Virus record (IMG/VR): IMGVR_UViG_3300020576_002081
Span: 1 to 64,000 of that record
Strand: one strand, 5' to 3'
Source: a virus
Taxonomy: Duplodnaviria; Caudoviricetes
Length of the DNA: 64,000 nucleotides
The notes under the pieces are model-generated. The model was not told where the DNA came from. It was given only the letters and a program-made list of their open reading frames with translations, and did no database searches. The position numbers and the translations under genes were made by a program. Positions 38,301 to 47,900 of this stretch are shown piece by piece. Position 1 is the stretch's first letter; every line of letters begins with the position of its first letter.

Positions 38301-39562
38301 AATTCTTCTGGAAAAGTATCAGTTTCAGCTAACTTTTGATTAATTTTAATAACTTTTTTAACAGAATCATAAAAACCATTAACTTCATTATTATTATCAT
38401 CAAGAACCTTTTCTATAAATTCAACCTTAATATTATTAACTTTTGCAAAATCTTGTAATAATGTAGACATTCTAGAAGTAATATCATTTTTTTTATCTAC
38501 CGTGGATTTTTTTGAAAATAAGATTTTATTAAGATATTCAGGTTTAATTTCTACTTCATTCCAAGTATTACCATATTCATCAGTAATTATATTAGGTAAA
38601 TAACCATTCTTTTTAAGAATATTAGTTACAGTATTTTCATAGAAATTAAAAATAGGTTTTAAAGCACCAAATCCTTCAGTTTCAACTCTTTCAAGTTCTT
38701 GTTTAAGTTGATTTATTTCTTGTTTAGAAGATTTAGACATAAATTCATAAGCAACTTCTTTACCTTCTTTTTCATTATAAACTTTTGTAGTAAATGCTAC
38801 ATTAGGATATTCTTTAGTTGATTCTTTTTTATGAACTTGATTATCTACTATTTTATAAGTTTTATTAAAAAATTCATCCGAAGCTATTTCTTTAAGTTTA
38901 TTTTCAAGTTCCTTAATCCTATCTTCTTTCTGTTTCTTAAACTCTTCTAAAGTACTATGACCTTCAACTTTACTGGCTGTATTACCTGTAGGAAATAATA
39001 CTTTCTCATATCCTTTCTTAGCACTATCTTGTATAATAGATTTAATAAAGAATGTTACCCAATTGTTGTTTTTGTTTAGAAGTTGTAGGAATTGATTAGA
39101 ATTAATATTCTTATTATAAATATCATTTTCTACTTTTTCAATTTCTTTAATTTTTCTATTTTCATTTTCAATAGAACCTTCTTCTCTTTCTATTCTTTCT
39201 TTTAAATAAGATAAGGCATATTCTTTATCAAATTTACCTTCTTTAGCTTCCTTACTATAAGGATTTTCTGCAATAGGTATAGTACCACCTCTAATTCCTT
39301 CAGATTCAACACTTGCTACATATCTACCTGCATTATTTGGTAAAATAATTTTATAATTATTATCTTTTATAGCTTGTATTGCTTTTTCAAAATTTACTAT
39401 ATTATCTTCATAATTTTTTATAGAAGAAAGATATACCTGTTTATTTGTAGGTACTTTATCAAACTTAGACAAAGTACTATTTTTTAAAGTAGGTATCACT
39501 TTACTTATAAATTCTTCTTTAGAAGAATATGTTGTTCCTTTATATATGTATTTACAAGCCAT
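35342..39562 (-). CDS. Large virion/ejection protein (1406 aa) with degenerate zincin-like motif
   Basis: Size and position next to the vRNAP; GFYD...EELAH zincin-like segment; only Cys is residue 3. Confidence 0.75.
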   Translation of the reverse strand: MACKYIYKGTTYSSKEEFISKVIPTLKNSTLSKFDKVPTNKQVYLSSIKNYEDNIVNFEKAIQAIKDNNYKIILPNNAGRYVASVESEGIRGGTIPIAENPYSKEAKEGKFDKEYALSYLKERIEREEGSIENENRKIKEIEKVENDIYNKNINSNQFLQLLNKNNNWVTFFIKSIIQDSAKKGYEKVLFPTGNTASKVEGHSTLEEFKKQKEDRIKELENKLKEIASDEFFNKTYKIVDNQVHKKESTKEYPNVAFTTKVYNEKEGKEVAYEFMSKSSKQEINQLKQELERVETEGFGALKPIFNFYENTVTNILKKNGYLPNIITDEYGNTWNEVEIKPEYLNKILFSKKSTVDKKNDITSRMSTLLQDFAKVNNIKVEFIEKVLDDNNNEVNGFYDSVKKVIKINQKLAETDTFPEELAHYLTLALGEDHTLVKRAFNLMNKVDYRGFLGQTYIDTYNNDETLLKHEYLGKLVAKVIAEANTPEELLNEPGFALWETIKRMLDAFVRLFKPNYNIQSELDNLSKELAKMILSTKEVESTDLFIKMFSVNNKNIIAKDIRPQYVYYKGLLGKLKSDLSKLEPSSDEFLKTNEKILKIEASLKEISENGNKQVLLNLANETLDEIEEYVNKLKQVVESGNKPNVDKIERTVKVLHMFENMIGVKDRVGILLNDTLQFAKVFVLDEMQGLTGKEFDESIFNQLDTDISAAEANFGTLADVKNYLGKTIGLLIKKAQNKIEVENKKSFERINNAVNKLTDYQKSRGLSGTDIYKIFLQEHKGTLVLTKPYTTEFYKKISDSFKEPNGFLIRSKLATYNSATKEFIPRDNKYNNKDYETIQNTKELKEFYNFFKGIIAEVNDKLPEQYKQNSNFIPNIVERTLMDIMKSDKTMLSKLKDGANHMLEINDYSDNDRIFDENLEKDSVPVKYLGKLSKDIKSKDLGSVLLKYAYFANSYEEMTDVLPKARLFQELVKQQEFIKNTNKNKSVYGEDTKLNEMIDSFIKMQVLGEMKREEKYAPHIDFMLKYTSLLRIGLNPFNASVNFIIGNIGNLIEAVGGRHFTTKEYLEAIKIFSKENLVNDSKLNKLAAKFNPLMELDDYENLEKINVGSNEYKDKIKSLMYLPQRMGEKQMQTSTMIALLLHNKVTTKEGNTISMWEAFNESGEWNSELMGYELDDNFIFKTTNKIHRINQLIHGRYSQKDAAALTQYSLFRAAFQFKKWIPAAIESRFGGKRFDERLDVEIEGRYRTYIKGFNYMIAKFQNDVENIEKYSFNETDVYNMRKNMIELTLLLGTVLAGIGFDDDKKRKDPTYKFLMSQLNQISGDLMYFYNPKALTDPAKLSVPMLKTAQDLIKVIEYTPSVITGDKFKRGRFKGENKELASLINVTPVIKPIADFARLWNKDPYQK

Positions 39563-40290
39563 TATTTACCAAATTTTATTTTACTACGTTTAATTGCACT
39601 TATAGCACCTTTTGTAACATTATATAGTTTACCTATTTGTTCAAAAGTAAGTTCTTTTTTATCTATTAAGTCTAAAATTTCTAATCTTTGTTGTTCTGTT
39701 AGTTTTTGTAACCTTGAAAATTGATTAGTTCTATTAATTAAATGTTTTTCGTTTTCAGAAATTACATAATTAGGTACATCATTCCAACTTCTACCAGATT
39801 TTATTTCAGATATTGTGGTAATACCTACATTATAAGTTTCTGATATTTTTCTTAAAGGTGTGTTATAAGCAATTAATTTTTTAATTTCTATTACATTTTT
39901 TAATGTAAGTTTAGAATTTCTTTGACCTGCTTTAAACAACTCTATTCTTTTTTTAGACATTTTTTCTTTTATAGAATCATCATATTCTAAAGAATCTCCT
40001 CCTGTTGTTAAATTCATACCCAAATCATTTACTTTTCTGAATGAATTAAATTGTATTATATATTTAGCCTCAAGAGTATTAAGTTCTTTTTTTGTAAAGT
40101 TTCCTATTTCTAAAATATCAAATTTATGATTTTCTATACCATACTTTAAAAAACTTCTATATAATAACAACTGATTTTTACAACATTGTAATTTTTTATA
40201 CCTACTAATTCTTTCATTTACATTTTTAGATTGACCAATGTAAATACTTCCTTTTGGATTTTCTATTTTATATATTCCTGATTTATTCAT
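39562..40290 (-). CDS. Free-standing GIY-YIG homing endonuclease with C-terminal HTH repeats
   Basis: SGIYKIENPKGSIYIGQS...R, E..YI, GMNLT.GG. True start is ATG 40290. Confidence 0.92.
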   Translation of the reverse strand: MNKSGIYKIENPKGSIYIGQSKNVNERISRYKKLQCCKNQLLLYRSFLKYGIENHKFDILEIGNFTKKELNTLEAKYIIQFNSFRKVNDLGMNLTTGGDSLEYDDSIKEKMSKKRIELFKAGQRNSKLTLKNVIEIKKLIAYNTPLRKISETYNVGITTISEIKSGRSWNDVPNYVISENEKHLINRTNQFSRLQKLTEQQRLEILDLIDKKELTFEQIGKLYNVTKGAISAIKRSKIKFGK

Positions 40291-40294
40291 ACTG

Positions 40295-40326
40295 CAAAGA
40301 TACAAAAAGTATATTAGAAATCCAAA
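40295..40326 (-). promoter_or_regulatory. Bacteroidota sigma70-type promoter of the GIY-YIG gene
   Basis: TTTG-N20-TATCTTTG, 4 nt before ATG; begins immediately after the upstream stop codon. Confidence 0.78.
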
Positions 40327-41937
40327 TTAATTACAATCTATTTTTAAATCCCCCGACTTTTGTAAGTCTTTGATAATCTGTTCAATATCTCCTAAATTTC
40401 TTCCTTTTTGGTAGAGGTCAGATTGTACTTCTAATATTCTACGAGTTTTAGGATTTCCTTTTAATAAATCAGATAAATATCCTGTTGTACTAATTACTTT
40501 AGATTTATCTACTTTAGCTACAGTAGCATCTATATCTGATTTCCAATCTTCAAATCCATAAGTAGCTCCCCTAGCATCAAATCTTTTCTTAAATTCATCT
40601 TTAGGTATAGTAATTACTTTGTCAAATTCAGACATTCTTTCTTTTAGAATATTAGTATTTGAAACAAATAATCTTTTACCTTCTTTTTTAGCTTGTACTT
40701 TTAATCTATCAAATAGATTAAGCATAAATTGATTATATTCTTTAGGTTTTCTCCCTTTATATTCTTGTCTTGTTTCAGAACCTCTATTTTTATCTATAAA
40801 AGCATTAACTTCATCTGCATAATCATCATCTAAAGTAATAAAATCATTACTTCCTTTTTGTTTTAAATAACTTTTTCCAATAGTAGGATGCCCAAATATT
40901 ACTTTATCATTTTTAGTTATAGGATTATATTGAGCAGTTTCACTATTTAAAAAATCATCTTCTTCTTTCCAACCAACTACTTTATTTTCTTTATCATCAC
41001 TTCTAAACCAGCCAATACCATTATCAGTAGCAAATTGAGCATGACCTTTAATAGAAGGAACTATTTGAGGAGTAGCTATTTCATTCTCTGTATAGTTAGT
41101 ACCTCCTGGAACTGTTAAATTGGAATAATGTGAACTATTTCTATCTATTATTTTAGGTAATAATTTCTTAGCAGTTTCATTAAACTCTCTTTTAGTTATC
41201 TTTTTATCATCTTTATAAAAATAAGTATGTTCTTCTCCATCAAATTCCAGTTCAGTTCTTTGTGTATATTTACTTCCTTCATATTCAAAATCTTCATAAC
41301 CACTATTTCCTCCATAATCTGCTAATTCAGCATTGTCTTTAAATCTATAATCTGTTTTATCTTTAGCAGTATTAATCTCAATAGTATAACTATAATTAGC
41401 TAATAAATCAGTAACAATTTCTTCTCTATTAGTTTTATTTAAACCTAATATTAATTCTTTTTGATATTTAGATATAGCAAGCTCAGTAAGAATTTTATTC
41501 AAATCCCATTTATTCTTTTCACCTTTATCAAATATTTGTTTAGCTTTATCAGATTGTAATATATCAATAGCTTTTATACCCTGATTAACATCATTTTCTT
41601 TTAAACTAAATAATTTTCTTTGATTAGGATTATTAGTATATTTAGGTAATAAATTCTTAACATTAACATACACATGTTGTCTATTGGTAGGAGTTTTAGT
41701 CCAACCAACAACTGGTGTACCGTATTCAGAATTAATAGCACCAACTAATCTCCTACCATCATTTATCTTACTTATATTATTAGAATGTTCAAATAATATT
41801 TGGTTCCACATATCAAATAACTTTGATTTATGTAATTTATCAAATATCTCATTATGAACATTGTTTAATTGTTCACGAACATTCTCATCATTAGTGATGT
41901 TCTTAATATAACTTTTTATTTCACACTTTTTACTCAT
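40327..41937 (-). CDS. Virion/ejection-module protein (536 aa) with inserted P-loop module
   Basis: GHPTIGKS Walker A-like motif; ILEVQSD motif near the C-terminus; only two Cys (residues 5 and 535). Confidence 0.75.
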   Translation of the reverse strand: MSKKCEIKSYIKNITNDENVREQLNNVHNEIFDKLHKSKLFDMWNQILFEHSNNISKINDGRRLVGAINSEYGTPVVGWTKTPTNRQHVYVNVKNLLPKYTNNPNQRKLFSLKENDVNQGIKAIDILQSDKAKQIFDKGEKNKWDLNKILTELAISKYQKELILGLNKTNREEIVTDLLANYSYTIEINTAKDKTDYRFKDNAELADYGGNSGYEDFEYEGSKYTQRTELEFDGEEHTYFYKDDKKITKREFNETAKKLLPKIIDRNSSHYSNLTVPGGTNYTENEIATPQIVPSIKGHAQFATDNGIGWFRSDDKENKVVGWKEEDDFLNSETAQYNPITKNDKVIFGHPTIGKSYLKQKGSNDFITLDDDYADEVNAFIDKNRGSETRQEYKGRKPKEYNQFMLNLFDRLKVQAKKEGKRLFVSNTNILKERMSEFDKVITIPKDEFKKRFDARGATYGFEDWKSDIDATVAKVDKSKVISTTGYLSDLLKGNPKTRRILEVQSDLYQKGRNLGDIEQIIKDLQKSGDLKIDCN

Positions 41938-41938
41938 T

Positions 41939-44900
41939 TTAACAATCTTCAGGGTTTTTAGTAGTTCCTTCTTCAGGATTTATATCTTCATTTATAAAAT
42001 TCTCATTTACTTCACCAAATAAATTATTAGCATAACCTTCATATTCTTCATTAGGAATATTCTCTTCAAGTACAGGTTTGTTTAATTTTTCAATATTCTC
42101 ATCTACTTGTTTATCATTATTATACTTTAAATAAGATTTCTCTATATTAATATAAGGATTTATTTCAAATAAATAGCCTGGTTTACCTAAAATTGTTGTT
42201 TTTTCATAAGAAAAATCATCAGTTTTAACATAAATTTCAGGTTTTCTATTAAATTTATCATAAACACTTATATATTTAGGAGTATTTAATACTCTACCAT
42301 CTTCATTATAAGTATACCAAATCATATCGTTTGCTCTACCTGCAGCTTTAACTAAAGCTTCGTTAGTAACAAGTTTATTAGGTAACGGTTCATTAGATTT
42401 AACATTAAACATTTCACCATCAAATTTCTTAGTAAAATCTTTACTATTATTTCTGATAATTAAATCTACTAATCTAGCTTCATCAACACCTGATAAAACA
42501 ACCATATCATCTTTTAGGTTAGATATAAGATTCTTTCTATAATCGTTATAACCTAAATCTTTAAGTATTTCAGGACTAATAAATTGTGAATAGCTATTTA
42601 AACCTCTAAAGAATCCTGTAGTTAAGAATGAATGTTTAATAAAATCAATAGCTAATGGTTTAGTATTTACATTTCTATATAAAGCTGTAAAAGCTTCAAT
42701 AATATTATTTTTAACTTGTAAATCTAATCTATTACCTTTAGATTGTATATACCAAATCTTATTTTGCTTATCTAATTCAATTTTAATATTTTGAATAAAT
42801 AAGTTATTTTTAATTTGTTCGTAAGTATTAGCTCCAATCTTAAGATCTTTATTATTAGTATCTTTAATATTCTTAATCATTACAGGAAACTTATTTAATA
42901 AATGATTGTAATTATCAGGAACATCTTTAAATACATCAGTCATATAATCAGTATAAGTTCTAATGAAGTTATTCATATATTGTCTTTCTTCAATAGATAC
43001 TTCATTTAAAGATTTCTTACTTTGATTCTTAATAACAGCATTCTTAATATTCATATAAGCATTTGTTGAATAAGGAAAGTAAGATTCAAACCAATCTAAA
43101 GCATACTCATGAGTAGACCATGTTTCTTTCAAACTAGGTACTGAGTCAATATTAAAACCTTTAACAATATTAGAACCGTTAATATTATCAAGAATATCTC
43201 TCTTAGCTATAATATCTTCAATATTAGGACCTACTTCTTTGTTTATAGCAAAGAATTTATTAATCTTAACAAGTTCTTTAGCTATAGATTCAATATTCTT
43301 AAATTGATTTAATACTCTAACTTGATAACTATAATATTCTAATAATTCTAAAGGATTAGCTTTTTTAAAACTTAATTTATTCTTACCTTCAACAGAATGA
43401 CCTTTTAATATTTCATCACCATCAATCCTGTAGGTTTCGATAATATTGAGCATATCTTTTTCATTAATATCAACATGTTCAGGTTTATTACTATTCATAA
43501 CTTTAATATAACCTTGATAAGTAGGATTATCTTTATCCTCTAACTTATCTAAAGAACTTTCAGCTAATTTAGTATAAGAATCAATTAAATCATCTATTTG
43601 TAAATAACCTTCATTAACATCTTTAACCTTATTCTTATTACCAGCTAATATTTTACTTAAGTGTTTAACAGCAGGTTGTGAAGTAAACATTAAAGCAGTT
43701 TTCATATTAACACCAGATCTAATCATAGTTGCTAATACATCTATAGTATTATTATTAATACCAAGTGGTTCAAGTAAAGGATTCTTAATATCATCTAATA
43801 TAGCAGCCATGATACTAGCTAATTCATCGGCAATAAGTTTCCCATTATCAGTGTATAAACCACTGAAGTTTGTTCTGTTAGAACCATTTATATTAACACT
43901 TCTAGTAATATCTAAACTACCATCTTCATTATAATCAGTACTATTTAAATCCATTAATACACCATATGAATGACCAGATACGTGTAAAGCAGCTTGTCCT
44001 TTCAAAGCAATACCAATGTGATTTCTTTCTTTAAAATCTCTTTGTGTTCTAGAGCTAAAGAAATTATATTCATCATAATTAGGAAAATAAGTCTTTTGAA
44101 AATTCTCAAGTTGAGTAAATCCAGATGGAGAAACTAATAAATGTAAGTTATTTATGCTAGTCAATAAAGTTAAATAGTTATCAACTATATTGTTATTTCT
44201 ACTAGCTCTAACATTTTGTTCTTTAACACTAAGCTCTTCAAAATCTTCATAACTTAATTTTTCTTTAGGACTAACGGTATATGAATATTGATAATATCTA
44301 CTTTGAGTAGACTTCTTATCAGTACCAGTATAATATTTATAAGGTATTAAATTATTATTTTCATCCTTAAAGAATTCTTTACCAAAGAAATAAACCTTAT
44401 CAAAGTCAAAGTCAGCTCCAAATTGAGTTGTTACTTCATAAGGTAATAATATAAAGTTACCCATAGTTGGAGGTAAGAATTTAACAACTTTAATAGGCAT
44501 CATTGAGTGTAAACCTTCAGTAGGAATACGATAAGCTATCAATTGTTTTAACTCATCTGGTATAGAATCTATATCAATAAGATTACCTTTTTTATCAAAG
44601 AATTCTTTAGTCCAAGCAGGCATAGCACATTCAGCATAAGATATCTTACCATCTTCTGGTTTAATCCATTTAAGATCTGTTTGTAAATCTAAAGCTTCTT
44701 GTGGAAGATTATCTTGTTGTTCAGCTAAGTTTTTATATTTAAAACCTAAAGCAGTAGCTTGTACTGCACTACCACCAACACTAAACTTTTGTTTAATAAC
44801 ATTATTAGTAAATATACTACTAATCATATTTTCAACTTGTGTAGCAATATTACCAGAGTCTAAAGCATATTCAAAATTACCGTTAACTATATTTAATATC

Positions 44901-47900
44901 TCTTCAACATTAATTGTAGCTCCACGTTTAGTAACCATTTCTTTAATAAAATGAGCAAAATTAATGTTAGATTTAACATCCATTTTATCTTTAAGTTCTT
45001 TAAGAGAATCAGCTAAATTCTCAGCTTCCATATTAAGAATGTTACTTATTATAACATCACCTTTAATATCATTATATAATTTAGATTTATCTATTGAACC
45101 TAAAATTAACATTTTAAGTTGCCTCATAGAATCATTACCTTCATCCATATGATCTGGATTATCTACTTGTACACCGAAGTTATCAGTACTTAAATCTAAT
45201 TTAAGGTACTCTACATCATCACTAATCGTATTTCTAAAGCCTATAGCAGCTTTAAATGATGATTCATGAGCAATCATATCAACACCATCAGTAAGCATTT
45301 GTTCACGCTTCTTAGCAAGTAAAGGATTTAAATCACAATATCCTTTAAATAAAGGTAACATTGCACATTTAACCTGTTCAAACTTTTGTTTTTCAAATTT
45401 AGGATCAAATCTGTTACCAAAGTAATATGGTTTAATACCACCTAATAAACGATGTAATGATTCTTTAATATTACCTTTAGAACCATTTTCAATTATATCA
45501 AAAGCTTCTTGCATTTCAGAAGTCCACGTACCTCTTGCAACATGTATTCTTTTATAGAATTCAGGTGATATATATACTTGAGCATCAGTAACATTTATAC
45601 CTTCTGAATACTTACCAGCAATTTCTTCTATCTCAGCATCAGTAAAACCTTGAGATTTTAAAGTATCAACAATAGAATTATAACTTTCAGAAGCTACTTC
45701 AACGTCTTTAACAACAACAGTTTTAATAATTTTATTTATAAAATTACCAAATACAGTCATTGCTTGACTTTGATAAGTACGCTTTTGTAAATCTTTAGGT
45801 TTATATTGAGCAAAATCACCATTAAATATATTACTAAATTCAATATTGTGCAATAAAGTATTAAGGCTAAAATTAGCTATAAGATGTTTTATTTGTCTAT
45901 CTTGAACCTCTTCAGAATTTTCAACTTGCTCTTGTATACCATCAACAAATTTAGTTTCAGAAGTTAATTGTAAAGATTTATTTTTATATAAACCATTAGG
46001 TAATCTTTCAATTAAACCTTTTCTTTCAAATTCTTTAACAGATTCTTTATAATCTTTATTAAGTTCAGCTTCTAATAATTTCATTATACTTTGTCTAGTA
46101 TCAAGATTATCAAAAGCTTTAATTATATCATTTTTATTAGCTGAAGATTCAAATATTTCTTTAGTCATAGCTAATACCTTATTATTAAACCCTAAAGAAA
46201 AATAATTAAACTTGTAAGCTTGACCATCAAATAAAGTAGGTATAACATCCCAATCAAGTTTATCTTCAAGTATCATATTAGATAACTTTTTAAAACTAGA
46301 TTTAGACATATGATAATGTTCTTCTAATTCATTTAAATTATATTTACCTTCACCTTTATTAGCTATAATATCATTTTTAACATTATTAGCTTTAGCTATT
46401 CTAATAGCTTCAGATAATACAACATTATAGTATTTATTAAAGATAGGTGATTTCCTTAAATCTAAGTCAGAACCATCAACAGGATCTATAGCCACATCAT
46501 ATCTACTAGCATCAATTATTACACACATTGTTTTATCAGATGGTGTAATATATATGTATTTGCTAACAGGCATTGTAGTTTGTTTTTGACTATTAACAGC
46601 GGTATTTTGGAATAAAGCTACTTCAGTATTCAAATAATCTTTAGGTGTTAATGAAGTAAATCCAACACCTTCTCTAGAACCTCTTTCATCTTTAAAACTA
46701 TCCATATAACTAACTTTAAAAGACTCTCTATATTCTTTATTATCAAGAGCTTCTAATAAATTAGATTTGTAGTAAAAATCATCTTTTTGTAAGTCTGCTT
46801 TCCAAAGTTTAAACTTATCTCTATTTTTAATTTTAGCAACAGTCTTACTAATAAACGATGGTAATTGTATTGTATAAATATTCTTATTCTCACCATTAAT
46901 AAACGATGAGGTATATTTTTCCATTAAGTTATCTACTTCATAAGCTACTAATTGTGATAAAGCTTTACGACCTTCTTTCTCTTCATTAATAGGAAAATCA
47001 GAAGCATACCATTTCATTAATGTAGTTACTTGATTCTTCCAAACAGATATGTCTGAAGATAATATCTTTTTAAGTACTTCAGGAGTATATTCTATACCTA
47101 CTTTATTTAATAAAGCATTAACAGATTCGTAAGATATGAGCTTACTAAATAATTTATCCCAAGCTTGTAATACATCTTTAGCTTTAGAAGCATCAATAAC
47201 CCTATTACCATCTTTATCATAATAACCTACAACATCTTTAGTAGGGTCTGCAACATTAATTTCAAACTGATTAAATATTTCACGACCTAAACTACTTCTA
47301 TTAGCATCAATTATCTTATAACTATAATTACCATTTTCATTATCAAACTTAATAAGTGTATAAGCTAATTGTTGTTTACTAAAGTTAGTTTTAAAATCAT
47401 TAACTAATAAATCAAATTGCTCTTGTGACATTTCAGAAGGTTTATTAGATAACTTATCTATAATTTGATTTAAGACAGGTCTGTTTATAGCAAGCTCCTT
47501 AAGAACATTCAATTGTTCAGACAATTCATATTTATCAATAAGATTACGTTCTATGTAATAATATAAATCTGAAAATTCATGGTATTGAGTAACACCCAAA
47601 TTATCTTTAACAACATTACCATCTTTAATAATAGGTATTGATGATAAGAATAATTTAAGTCTTGTACTAGCAGAACTTAAACCACTAATACTAGTCCATT
47701 CACCTAAACCTTTAACAGTTTTAGATTCTAAACTATAAGTTTCAATATCTTCAACAGATTCTTGAGTTAAGTCTGTTTTAAATTCTAAAACACCTTCCTC
47801 TTGAACTTCAATCTCCTCTTTAATAGTATTATAACCTAAAACTAATTTAGATTTTATATTTCTATATTCAAGATATTTCTTAACTTCATTCCATATATCA

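Noticed and set aside
39562-40326. GIY-YIG gene as part of an intron
   Set aside because: Only a promoter separates it from the upstream stop and it overlaps the next start; there is no space for a ribozyme core.
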